A DNA stretch of 64,000 nt, from contig OX597831.1 of assembly GCA_951406725.2 (NCBI GenBank), forward strand, positions 54,374,001 to 54,438,000. The letters run 5' to 3'. Each line of letters starts with the position of its first letter. Within the stretch, counting starts at the first letter, position 1. A program made the position numbers and the translations under genes. A model generated the notes under the pieces. It had not been told where the DNA came from and ran no database searches. It saw nothing but the letters and a program-made list of their open reading frames with translations. This document shows positions 39,500 through 51,761 of the stretch, piece after piece. This stretch comes from Octopus vulgaris (lineage: Eukaryota).

Positions 39500-40900
39500 A
39501 ATTTTTTTTTTTTTTCAATTCACCAATGGTGTCTCCAGCTATCTCAGTCCTTCAACGTTTATGTTTTGGCTCCCATAACACCAGCTAATTGGCTGAGAGT
39601 TCCCAATATCGGTGGTAGTAACCAGCCACTTTTAGTCTTATGGCTGCTGTTTTCTCTTTCAACCTTGGTAACCCACTACACAGATGCTTGTTGTTAATGT
39701 ACTCGTTCTGTTTGAAGTACTACATACAGCATTCTGGTATATGATTCAGTCAAGCATTCAACCATATAGTAGAATGGACTTGAGTGAGTGAACCCCTTCA
39801 GTCATGACTGACCATGGGATTGCACCTACAAAGTTACCCTTCAAAAGCACAAGTTCGAGCAAGATTGTTTAAGGAAGGCCAGCGGTTGCCCATGCATACC
39901 GGCCTCCCCTCTCCACGCCACTAGTGTTATCCAAAGGAAAGGCAAAGGCCGATACAGCTTGGCACCAATAATGTCGCAACTCATTTCTACAGCTGAATGA
40001 AAGGGAGCAATAAAGCGTTTTGCTCAAAAACATAACACACAGCCTGGTCCAGGAATCAAACTCACTACTTTGTGATTGCGAGCCCAACACTCGAATCACT
40101 GAGCCATGCGCCTCATAGGTTGAATAAAAAAGCTAAACTGAGCCTGGAGTTCTACACACATGCCATGCCATTCAGGGGCTTCAATGTCAGCACCTTCCTC
40201 ACTTTGGTATTTTGTGCTATGCTCCTACCACACACCTATGAACTCTGTTCTATAACACTGCACTTTCTTTCACAAAATCCATTTTTATTCTCAAACCCTA
40301 AAATTATCTTGATCTCTCCTGAACTGTCTCACCTTTCCTTCCAAAGAACTGAAAATCAATATGACATTTTGGTTCAGAATTTTCTCATCTCCAACCACAT
40401 TCAGCATGGAACCTTCAAATACTTCTGTCTCAAATCTCGTTACCACATTATCTACTTTAACTATACATCTTGCTTCATTTACTGCTTTGCTTCTAAAAAA
40501 TAGAGAGAGAAGCCTCCATGTGCTCTTTTGACATGATAGAAATAGCAACCAAATATCTCTCAAATCCAAAAAAAAAAAAAAAGGATGCATTGATAAACTA
40601 TGCCAGAAAATATGAGAGGCTGGTCAAGGCAAGGATGCCACTGATCAAAGCTAAAGCAATTAAGGCTGACTTAGAGCTAAATAACAACAATTGGAAGCTT
40701 TACAAAACACTGTATGCTGTCAAAGTAGGCATAGTTTGAGTGACTACTCCCAACATCATCTTGATATCTGTAACAACATTCAGGGTGTCTCCAAAACTGT
40801 GGCCTGACATTTCAATTTGTCAGGCCACTTTACAGATTAATTTTCAGTTTGTGAGATCATCTTACACTTACAGACACAAGTGTGTCATCATCTTTGGCAT
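39500..40900 (-). mobile_element. Decayed RTE-like LINE fragment interrupted by a SINE
   Basis: Minus-strand translation near 39560-39750 gives YTRML...HINNKHLCSGLPRLKEKTAAIRLKVAGYYHRYWELSAN*LVLWEPKH, typical of RTE-group C-termini. Boundaries are approximate. Confidence 0.55.
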
Positions 40901-41081
40901 TTCTAATCTCTCAGTAAATGTTTGTTTTACCTTTAAATTCTAGCCCAAGCCTTCTCCACTTATCATATTCTTCTTTCAGCTGCTACTTTATATTTCTACA
41001 TCTGCACACAATCATATATAGGTTGTTAACTAGTATATATCCGTGCCTTACACTTCCCTTGCCCCGTTATTATTACAGGTT

Positions 41082-41939
41082 AGGAGGGTTTTTTTTGTGT
41101 TGTATAGTAATTTTCTCAGATCTTCCTTATCATAAATCGTGATTGTGATGAGAACTTTGTTATAAACTGCAAGTTTTTGAGTTGAAGTAGGAAAGTGAAA
41201 ATAGGATTTATTGGGGACGGTGTGTGAGAAATTTAAAAACTTTAAAAGAGCATAAAGAGCATATTATCTCTCACTCTTGATCCTCTCATCTCTTCTGCTA
41301 CACTTCATTTTCTCCTGTCCTAAATTATCTCTTCACATACACCTCTCTCTCTCTCTTTTTATTTTAATTTTTTTTTATACACAAACCTTAGTGCCTGGGT
41401 ATATGTATTCATGTATATACAAGGAAGTGCAGAAAAGTTCCTGGCTTTGGGTAAAAGAAAATACAGGAAGATCAGTTATGATTTTATTCAACATATTCCT
41501 CTCTCAGATACACACATTTATAGCAGTGGTCCTTTAGTTTTTCTAAGCCCTCCAACCAGGCATTTCACAATACCCTTAAAGCCAGAAACTTTTCAGCAAC
41601 CCCTCATATATATATATGCATGGAGACACATGTTTACATATGTATTTCTATATTAGTTGCCATGCTTACATGCAAATCCTGTATCTTATCTTAATGGAAC
41701 TCTGGTTTAAGCACCCCATATAATCCCTCATAGTTTTTTTATTTTTTGAAATTTTTGCAAATTTATGCTCTTTTAAAGTTTTTAAATTTCTCACACACCG
41801 TCCCCAATAAATCCTATTTTCACACTTTCCTACTTCAACTCAAAAACTTGCAGTTTATAAATGACTTCTCATCACAATCACGATTTATGATAAGGAAGAT
41901 CTGAGAAAATTACTATACAACACAAAAAAAACCCCTCCT
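41082..41939. repeat. Long inverted repeat: ~175-bp arms (41082-41256 and 41762-41939) with ~500-bp spacer
   Basis: The arms are near-identical reverse complements, e.g. TGTGTTGTATAGTAATTTTCTCAGATCTTCCTTATCATAAATCGTGATTGTGATGAGAA. Confidence 0.93.
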
Positions 41940-43028
41940 GAGCTCTGGGTGAGCAAATATATAATCAAGAGCATTCCAGTCAAGGCCATTCTGCTTTTTG
42001 GTTTCCTAAATATTGTGTATCAAGAACTAGCTTATCCAATGCAGCACTTGCCTTTTTTAAGACAATAGTGTTTGACAAGAGAGAATTAGCTATGTCTAGC
42101 AGGTCAACTAACCACATGGCGATTTTCTTGGTGTGGCTAAAAAGTGTGCTTCCCAACCCAATGGTTTGGGGTTCAGCTGCAGTGTGTGGTACCATTGGAC
42201 TAATGTCTTTTACTATAGCCCCAGGTTAAACAAAGCTTTGTGAGTGGATTTGGTAAATGAAAAGTGAAAGGAGCACATTGTGTGCATGTGCGTGTGTGCG
42301 CTTGTCTTGACCTAACATGAGAGGTAAATAAGTGGCACTGTCATTCATTTCCAATATTCGGTGAGAACATGCCTGGCCAAGGGGTAATTTAACTTTGCTT
42401 GTAAAATAAGCGAGGGTTAGCAACAGGAAGGGCATCTGACCAGAGAAAACTCACCACTTTGTCTGACTCATGCACAAGTGGAAAAGTAGGGCATCAAAAA
42501 AATAATGATGATGATGATACTGGTGTTCCACATGTAGTAATAATGATCTTAACTTACAAAATTGCTCCACACATATCTTATCAGTAAGATAATCCCAAAG
42601 CAATAAAAAAAAACTTGTGCAAAGGGACAGTTGGCAGAGGAATTAATAGATACAGATACGAGATAGGTAACTTCATATATTGAATGTGCAGATAATATGG
42701 GTAGATTATAAATATAAATTCTTATCAGTAAGCATTAATTCTGGTTATATATATAAAAAAATTTTTTTAAGCGGTTTTTACACAAAGCATAGTGGATAAC
42801 TGATCTAAGGGAAGTTACCTAGGATAGGTAATTAGTACTGGGAACAGAACTAGTATTAAAAGCAAGGGCTTCAGTCCATGTAGTTAATTCCTTTTTCTGA
42901 ATGGAATGAAAACTACATGAAATGAGAGTTAAGCCTAACTTAGTATGAAGCATTGTGAATGGAAGGCAATGAATGATAAGACAGGTGTGCTATGCTAAAG
43001 TTATGAGGTAAACAATTCAGAAAGATAT

Positions 43029-43416
43029 TACTCTTTTACTCTTTTACTTGTTTCAGTCATTTGACTGCGGCCATGCTGGAGCACCGCCTTTAATCGAGCA
43101 ACTCGACCCCGGGACTTATTCTTTTGTAAGCCCAGTACTTATTCTAACGGTCTCTTTTGCCGAACCGCTAAGTAACGGGGACATAAACACATCAGCATCG
43201 GTTGTCAAGCAATGCTAGGGGGACAAACACAGACACACAAACACACACACGCATACATATATATATATATACATATATACGACGGGCTTCTTTCAGTTTC
43301 CGTCTACCAAATCCACTCACAAGGCTTTGGTCGGCCCGAGGTGCCACGCAGTGGGACTGAACCCGGAACCATGTGGTTGGTAAACAAGCTACTTACCACA
43401 CAGCCACTCCTGCGCC
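43029..43416 (-). mobile_element. Young copy of the (TG)n-containing SINE, adjacent to an inverted diverged copy (~43490-43770)
   Basis: Reverse complement of the 60512-60913 family, with CpGs intact. Confidence 0.88.
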
Positions 43417-43847
43417 TATATGAACAAAATACTACTTTGATAAGGATCCGTTACATAACAAGTAAATGGCAAATAAGTGAAGCTGTAGGCCTTCCTGTCT
43501 TCTTTGTAAGCAGTTTGCTTCATAACCACATGGTGCGGGTTCAGTCCCACTCCGAGGCACTCTGGGCAAGTGCCTTCTACTACGGTGTTGGGCTGACCAA
43601 AGACTTGTGGGTGGATTTGAAAGGCAGAAACTGAAAGAAGGCCATCGTGCGTGTGTATGTGTGAGTTTGTCCCACCCCACACCGCTTGACAACCGGTGTT
43701 GGTGTGTTTACGTGCTAATAACTCAGCGGTTCGACAAAAGTCCGATAGAATAAGTGCTAGACTTTAAAAAAGTAGGAATTCTTTCGGCCAAATATATACC
43801 ATCACTTAAGGGAACAATAAATATATATATATAACTTCGGCTTAAAG

Positions 43848-43905
43848 AGTCTTACGAGCCGGCCATGGGGCTAGGCGCTTTATGGATGTGAAACCATTGG
43901 TCACT
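43848..43905 (+). ncRNA. Degenerate type-I hammerhead motif
   Basis: AGT CTTACGA [stem II CCATGGGGC/GCTTTATGG] GAAAC CATTG GTC ACT; one core substitution (CTGACGA>CTTACGA), GUC cleavage triplet. Confidence 0.5.
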
Positions 43906-43943
43906 AAGATAAGACATAGACTTAACTGTACATACACACAATA

Positions 43944-44207
43944 GGTACTACTAGCGAACAGTGGTCCCGGTGCGCGCACTCGCGCAAGCTAGTCGTATAT
44001 AGTCGATCCTACAACGTCTTGCGCGAATGATTCAAGGCTGAATACATATCAAAGAAAATTAAATAATATTTTTCGAACAAAGTAAATAATTTTTTAAACT
44101 AAGTAAATAAATCATTTTTATAAACAAACTAAGGTTAGGGTTAAAAAGTCGTTGTAGGATCGACTACTTACGACTAGCTAGCGGGACCACTGTTCGCTAG
44201 TAGTACC
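43944..44207. mobile_element. Mutator(MULE)-like MITE with 9-bp TSD
   Basis: Exact TSD CACACAATA (43935-43943 and 44208-44216); TIR GGTACTACTAGCGAACAGTGGTCCCG plus a second inverted block; internal GGTTAGGGTTA. Confidence 0.88.
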
Positions 44208-44312
44208 CACACAATATATATATATATATCATAAAAACTATATTTTTCATTAATCAGTGCTGTTAAAGACATTGACTTAAAATTGTACGCACACACAATA
44301 TATAAATATATG

Positions 44313-44378
<66 letters not shown>

Positions 44379-45106
44379 AAAGAATACATAACAAAAACAG
44401 GTAGGTTTCAGTATTTGTTATGTTGTGAACATTAATGGAAATTCCAATATGAAAAAGTCCATTCATTTTTGACAATACCTTGTTAAGTAATTTTTTTTTT
44501 TTAAGTTTTATGGGTGTGAAACAATAATGTTTTCTAAATACGTGATGTAGCTATTATTATTGTACAAGACACACACACAGGACGTAAGACGAGATCGGAT
44601 ATATCCCGATTTTAGGAGTGACAACGTTAGTAGATTTAAAACCAAAACAAAGGAAAGAATGAGTCAGTCGAGTCATAATTTTTAAAAAGAAAAAAAAAAA
44701 AAAAAACAATGCCGGTTAGGTTACTTTTATTTTGAGATAATTATCATACATTTAAGGAACAATGGATAAGTAGGCTAATGTCAATTGTTTTCGCTATTAT
44801 AAGCAAGGCAGTAAACAGTAATGGAATTAGGGTAGATTTAAATAACTAACGCGAAAACAGTAAATGATCTTGGCTGTTAGTTAGTAAAATCGGGGACCTC
44901 GATGATGATCCCGAAGAGCCAAACGAAAGATATTTTTTGTCGGACTAACGATTGTGGATTAAACTTGAGTTCTTTCTTCTAAGTGGCCGGACATAACTTT
45001 TTTGAAATTGTCACCCACTAGAAGGAATATGAATGAATGAATATGTATATATATATATATATATCGCTCGATAATGTTTCAATCTCATTCTGAGATTTAA
45101 TTATGC

Positions 45107-45139
<33 letters not shown>

Positions 45140-45732
45140 TTAAATATACACATAAATCAAGCATACTCTAAAATAACTGACTTTCACATTTCTAATAACA
45201 AAAAAATTTCCGTTAGCCACACGAGCTGTTTGAAGGTTCAAATTATTAAAATTATGTCACATGAAATATGCGATATCCAATATTAAAACTACAAAAACTT
45301 CCTAAAAAGTGTAGAAAAATTATTGAATAACTTCACAAAAGGGGAATTTTGAATGAGAAGACAACAGAAATGGTAAATTAACTTCATAATACAATAAAAC
45401 AACGTCAAATATATTCAAATAGAACCCGTAAGACCTTTTAAATAAAACAAGAGCAACAGTTAGATGACAGTTGTGGAAAAGATGATTATTGACTTAAAAC
45501 GATGACAGAGTTCGCCGAGCGTAATCTGCAATTCAAAATTAAAACCGAAAAAACTAATTTAATTTTATAACAAAGAAAATTCTAACCCAGTTCTAAAATA
45601 AATTACCCAAGCTTCGTCTGAAAGATCTTATAAACAGAAGCAACAGAAAGGTGGCAGGGGTTGCACATATCAAGTAATCTTTTTTTTTTAACTCTTCCTT
45701 TTCAAGTAAATTAAAACAAAATAATTACTTAC

Positions 45733-45743
45733 TGTCCTTTCAT
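45733..45743 (-). CDS. KIF23: KIF23/MKLP1 kinesin-6, coding exon 1 (MKG+CA, 11 nt)
   Basis: Minus strand reads tcaaaATG AAA GGA CA|gtaagt: good start context and consensus donor. It joins exon 2 in frame (MKGQRGKTPRKK), resembling the vertebrate KIF23 start MKSARAKTPRKP. Confidence 0.8.
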
Positions 45744-45814
45744 TTTGACAAGAAAATCAAGCGACTCTCAAGCAACGCTGAAATATCAAGATAGCGAATC
45801 TTATCAAAGTTAAA

Positions 45815-45930
45815 TTGACCGCCAACTATTCGTTCGCCATTTAAATCAACAATTAAAATGATAACCAATCAACGGTAAGAAGCTTATCACGTGACTAAAG
45901 CACAATAAAAATACGCCGGTTGACGTCCAC
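45815..45930 (-). promoter_or_regulatory. Putative KIF23 core promoter with cell-cycle-type motifs
   Basis: Within ~190 bp upstream of the ATG: TTGGCGG E2F-like (45819-45825, minus), TTTAAA CHR-like (45840-45845), CCAAT (45865-45869), CAACGG MYB site (45870-45875), TCACGTGA E-box (45887-45894), TGACGT (45921-45926). CpGs are retained locally. Confidence 0.55.
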
Positions 45931-46899
45931 TTGTTATATCGACTTTGCCTTTCATCCTCTTGGGGTCGATAAATAAAGTACCAGTTTTGCACTGGGGTCG
46001 ATGTAATCGACTTAATCCCTTTGTCTGCCCTTGTTTGTCCCCTCTATGTTTAGTCCCTTGAGGGTAGTAAAGAAATATATATTGAAAATAATCGACTGCT
46101 AAACGGGTCTAAATAAATACAGAGTGAGATGCCCTCCCACTATCGATTTACTCTGCTGTGAAATTATATTACAGTGCAGATGGTTCCGTTCTGTCTCTTA
46201 ATAGTTATCACTTCTAGAGAGATGGTTTTTGCCTAGTAAATTAGCATACTATCCGAGATGGATTAGACGATTTGTCTTTTTCCCCTTTACGGAAATTAAC
46301 TAAAACATAAGCTCTCTGAGATATTTAGAAATTTAATATTTCTCTAATAGAATAGATTTATTATAAATGTTTATTCTTTCGTTATTAGATAACTTGTTGA
46401 GTTTTCTTTCGATTTCAATCTCCTTAATCATTCAATCAAGTATAGACAGAGAGAGGGGAGAGAGAGAGAGATCCCAAAGTTTGGGGGTTGGGGGGTGACA
46501 AGTGACTTAATCTAAGATAGTTGATTAAAACTTCAAACAATTGCATCGTGGAAAAATCACGGTAACCGTTTAAAAACATTTATCATCATATTCACTTTAT
46601 ATCGTCTTGTAATAGACTTGTCAAAACGTAACTGTCAGAATGATGACGTATGCCTGAAATTGTGTGAGTCATAGAAGTTCAACGAAATTTTTTACACTTC
46701 ATAGTGGAAGTTACTATTCCAAAATACAAGGCCATATGTGTGTACGTCGAATGGGATCCTCGCCGAGGTTGACATCATCCTTCGCGAGTGGCGGGGTTTA
46801 GGAGAATCAATAAAATATGTTTTCAATATAAGCCGTTCAAACAAACAATGGGACTAATCACCAGCAGCTGGAAAAGACAAACGGTTAACGAAAGGGTAT

Positions 46900-47342
46900 T
46901 AGGCGGCGAGCTGGCAGAAACGTTAGCACGCCGGGCGAAATGCGTAGCCGTATTTCGTCGGCCGTTACGTTCTGAGTTCAAATTCCGCCGAGGTCGACTT
47001 TGCCTTTCATCCTTTCGGGGTAGATAAATTAAGTACCAGTTACGCACTGGGGTCGATGTAATCGACTTCATCCCTTTGTCTGTCCTTGTTTGTCCTCTTT
47101 GTGTTTAGCCCCTTGTGGATAGTAAAGAAATAGGTATTTCCTCTGTCCTTTAAGGCAGCGATCTGGCAGAAACGTTAGGTTCTGAGTTCAAATTCCGCCG
47201 AGGTCGACTTTGCCTTTCATCCTTTCGGGGTCGATAAATTAAATACCAGTTACGCACTGGGGTCGATGTAATCGACTTAATCCCTTTGTCTGTCCTTGTT
47301 TGTCCTCTCTGTGTTTAGCCCCTTGTGGGTAGTAAAGAAATA
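46900..47342 (+). mobile_element. Composite (dimer-like) tRNA-SINE insertion
   Basis: Two SINE bodies lie between one 17-bp direct repeat GGTTAACGAAAGGGTAT (46883-46899 and 47343-47359). Confidence 0.85.
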
Positions 47343-47569
47343 GGTTAACGAAAGGGTATGTATTCACCAACTCTCTGTGTAAGTGTTGATAGAATTATTA
47401 GAACGTCAAACGAATTGCTTTACGGTATTTAGTTATGGCCTATTACGTTATGAGCTCTAATCTTTCTATGGTCACTTTAGCTTATTTTCTTTTTAGGATG
47501 GGAGTTCTTAAAATAAAGTATTGGACAAGTACAAGGGGCGACCTACACCATATATATGTGTATACGATA

Positions 47570-48144
47570 GGCATACCTACATGAGTGTTTTCCCCAACTT
47601 TGTTTCCTCATAACTTTGAGAAAGATGAGGATTTTTTTAATGAAATTTTCTATAAGTATTTTTCAGGGTGTGTAGATTATGATTGTATCAGAAATTAATG
47701 TGGGAGAAAAAAGTTGGTGAGTATGCACACTTACATACTGACACACATCACATGTAAATCGACAAAATAAAACTAGAAATTTCGAAAAATATTGTGATGG
47801 GTATCCGTATGTATGTGTGCGTGCTCGCTATTTTTTATTTTTCATATCAAGTTCCGATATAATCATTATCTAAACCATCTGAAAAGTATTTGCAGAAAAT
47901 TTCATTAAAGAATACCTATTTTTCTAAAAGTTATGAGGAAATAAAGCCAACTCATGTCAATTTTCTTCACCTGTGAAACTCCTCTCCCCACTCCCGGAAA
48001 TTTTTTCACAGCAAATTCCGATGTAATCGGAATCTACACCACCTGGAACATATTTGTAGAAAATTTAATTAGAAAATATCCATTTTCTGAAAGTTCTGAG
48101 GAAACGAAGTCAACGTGGGTGGGGGACACTTGTGTAGGTATGCC
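47570..48144. mobile_element. Non-autonomous TIR element
   Basis: TA|GGCATACCTACA...TGTAGGTATGCC|TA termini with extended imperfect inverted similarity and internal subrepeats. Confidence 0.7.
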
Positions 48145-48187
48145 TAAATGATATGTGTGTGTGTGTGTATATCGTATACACTCACAC

Positions 48188-48218
<31 letters not shown>

Positions 48219-48925
48219 CAAGGAGAAGATAAAAATTATCTACACTTTTGTCAATACTTTCCTTAAGTTAGCCACACTGCCTTCAGTGCCTGCATGCAAA
48301 AAGTGGGTACTCTTGTGCTTATGTAATCAAGGTTTGACCTTGGTCACTCAAGTTTTCTTCCTTGTGTTACAGAGTAAACATTACTGCTTTGCTGGTGGTG
48401 TGCACCAAGGAAGAACAGAAATCGGTGAACCAATTTCTCTGCCCTGAAGATGTATCAGGGGCTGAAATTAACCACATACTTTCAGTACAATATGGAGACA
48501 GCATACTACTATCTGGAAGTGTGTTTGAGTGGATTGAGAAGTTTTAAAATGGCCAGATAAGTGTGAAGTATGAAGAAGGAGCAGGACACTCTTCAACTTC
48601 CACTGCCATGAAGATTCAACAAGCTTGAGAGATGGTTCTGGGGAACCGATGAGTGAATATCATCGAGGTGGCATATTCTCTGCAAATTAGTTATGGTTCT
48701 GCATACAAAATCATCCATGACAAGCTTTGCTTCCATAAAATCTGTGTGAGATGGATGCCAAGAGAACTTACCAAAGCTCAGAAGTGCAATTTGTCAGAGA
48801 TCTAGCAAAGCTTACTCAATTGCTACAATCATGAAGTTAAAGCTTTCTTGGGAGAGAATAGTCATAGGAGACCAGACCTGAGTCCATCACTTTTAACCAG
48901 ACTTCAAAAGGCTGAGTATGGAGTA
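48219..48925 (+). mobile_element. Truncated mariner (irritans-like) 5' half
   Basis: Pseudo-ORF CTKEEQKSVNQFL...EINHILSVQYGDS...VFEWIEKF...ISYGSAYKIIHDKLCFHKICVRWMPRELT (HTH plus WVPREL motif); stops present. Confidence 0.85.
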
Positions 48926-49022
48926 TGTTTAAAGGCTAATATACACATTTGATTGACAAAATATACAAGTGCATATTTTTTTAGATATATGGATTCTTAG
49001 ATGATTATATATATAGAGAGAG

Positions 49023-49901
49023 AGGGGGGGTCCAAAATTAAGACAACTAAAGTTTTGGGCTTTAAATGTGATAAGGATATGAAAATTATACTTCATTATA
49101 AAAGCTTAGTGTGTCTTCTTTTTGTTTCAGACTAAATAAATTCAGATTTATAAATTAGATAATGGTTATAGACTAAAATATAAACATAACCCTCTACAAA
49201 GGAGGCAAAAGTAATACAGCTATAGCAAAGAAGCTTGAAATTAACCAAACAGTTTGGAAAATTGTCAAGAAATTTCAAGAGACTGGTTCCTCAGCTAACT
49301 GAAAATGGCTGAAAAAGAAGTGTGCAGATCTCTCAGCTTATCAAAAATACCAGAGAAAAGATATGGTAAAATCCTTGTCATTCTGTCAGAAACAGCAAAA
49401 ATAAGCCAAACATCGATGTGTCAAGTGCTGAAGGGGGATCTCAGGACCAACCACATCTTTACTGTCCGACGACTTGGTGAGAAAAGAGGAAGAGATGAGT
49501 CTCTGAACCTTAATGTTACAAGCCACCATCAGGGGAGGAAACTGCACCTACACCATCGTTTATAGGCAAGGATGTATGGCCCCCAAGAAGCCACAATGGA
49601 TTTTTCTGTTTGGTCCATTTTGGAAGCAACAATCTCAATCACTCCTCATGCTTTACTTGATGCTCTGAAGGCAAAACTGTGCCAGGAATGGGCTTTGATT
49701 TTACAAGAACTGCTGCGAGCCATGTGTGAAGCATTCACACCTAGACTTAAGGCTATAATTTGAAACAGATGGGCATATTGAATAAATGTGCCCATCACGT
49801 TTCCTTCACTATTGCATTGCAACGCTCAGACCTAAAATATAACAATATTTTGCTTTGGCAAAATTGAAAAATGTCAGTTGCTTTTATTCTGGGACACCCT
49901 G
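49023..49901 (+). mobile_element. Internally deleted Tc1/mariner-superfamily element (maT/DD37D-like)
   Basis: Right TIR ...GTTGCTTTTATTCTGGGACACCCTG|TA with a degenerate left TIR; C-terminal MDFSVWSILEA...LKAKLCQEW...RLKAII and an N-terminal IAKKLEIN.TVWKIVKKFQETGS HTH. Confidence 0.75.
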
Positions 49902-49943
49902 TATGCATGCATACATACATACATACATACATACATACATACA

Positions 49944-49975
<32 letters not shown>

Positions 49976-50170
49976 CACACACAAATAGACAGCATAACAT
50001 TTGTGTTCTTGCACTCATGACAGGGCATACCTGAAATGAGGAAGCCATGAATTACCAAAAGAGATTGACTGATGTTTGCTTGCGTATTTATAATTTTGAT
50101 AATTTAATTAGGTCAACCAATCCCCTTTTCTAATCAGCTTTGATCTATGAATGCCTTGAAAGGTCTAAGA

Positions 50171-50492
50171 CAGGGGTTCTCAACTATTTTTTTTAATCTA
50201 TGAACCCCTTTGATTACTATTTTATTCTGGTGGATCCCCATAGCCATTCAATGTTTAGAAACTAGTTTTAAAGAAGCTTCTTTCAAAATTCCTATCCTAT
50301 TTTTCACACATTAACTTATGTTAGTTGAACTATGTAAAATGCTAGAGAAAGAAACCTAGTTGCTTCTTGCCATACATATAGGGGCCCTTGAAATACTATT
50401 GAGGATCCCCAATTCACTATTTTGTTTTGTGGACCGCCAAAAATCTCATATGAACCCTCAGGGGTCATATGGATCCCAGTTGAGAACCACTG
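50171..50492. mobile_element. hAT (Charlie-like) MITE; related end at ~56691
   Basis: CAGGGGTTCTCAAC...GTTGAGAACCACTG TIRs; 8-bp flanks GTCTAAGA / ATCCAAGA (6 of 8 match). Confidence 0.78.
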
Positions 50493-51609
50493 ATCCAAGA
50501 GGTCAGTTTATTCTCATTAATCTCTCAGTGCTGAAAGGCTAAGACCATGGCTGAGAACTTGTTTGAGAATGTGGAAAAAATATAGATTCACATTCATGTC
50601 TTAGCTTAGGTATTCTGTAGCTGTTCATTACACATACACACATATATAATCAATTCAAAACACAGAGAAAAAAATTAAAATAAAAAAACAAACATGAGGA
50701 TGTAGCACAAGCAATGTATTAATATGATGCTCAGAGAAAGAAGAAAGTTGTTGGTTTATATTTTGAGCATAGCTCTTCATTGTAAACAGGAAAAACTGGG
50801 AAGTCCAAACGGAAAGAAGGAAGAAGGAGGAAAAATTGCCAACAGTCCACATCTGGTTACATTTCTGAAGTAAGCCGAAGTAGAAGAAGGAAGAGAAAGT
50901 GCTTTCTGGGACTGGAGAGTGTGAAGATGGTTGATATATATGAGTGTGTAGTAGTGTGTGTGTGTGTGTGGCAGTAACTCTGTGTCTGTGTGTGTGTGTG
51001 TTTAGTAGTAGTAGTAGTAGTAGTAGCGTGTGTGTGTGTGTGCATGGTAGCATGCATGCATGTGGTGAAAACTCTGTGTGTCTATGAGTTTATTCTTTTA
51101 TTCTCTTATTTGTTTCAGTTGTTTGACTGCAGCCATGCTGGAGCACTGCCTTTAGTCAAACAAATCGACCCCAGGACTTATTCTTTGTAAGCCTGGTACT
51201 TATTCTATCAGTCTCTTTTGTCGAACCACTAAGTTACAGGGACTTACCAATATCAGTTGTCAAGTGATGCTGGGGGACACAAACACAGACACAAAGTCAC
51301 ACAAATATATACAAACATACATTTATACCATAAATCCTTGAGTATAGTCCACCCTTGAATATAATACGCAGGGGCTTTTTAGGGGGCTGTACCTCTGAAA
51401 AAGCTAAACCTTGTGTATAATATGCACCCCTTCTCTTACTTGAGTCAAGGAGGTCTATATAATGTCCTTAGTTTGTAAAAATGTATGTATATGGTAATGT
51501 CGTTTATTATTGCCTTCTTGCCTTCTTTATCTTTCGTATCTGTTTAATTTCATCTTTATTTCTTCTCCATAATCTGGCATTGCTTTCATCAACATCAAAT
51601 ATATTTACA

Positions 51610-51640
<31 letters not shown>

Positions 51641-51721
51641 ACTATGTGGTTGGGAAGCAAGCTTCTTACCACACAGCCACACCTGCATATATATTATACA
51701 GACAGAGAAACAAACAGACAG

Positions 51722-51761
<40 letters not shown>

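Noticed and set aside
46788-47071. Similar ORFs here and at 17696-18022 suggesting a duplicated small gene
   Set aside because: Both are translations of the same young SINE family.
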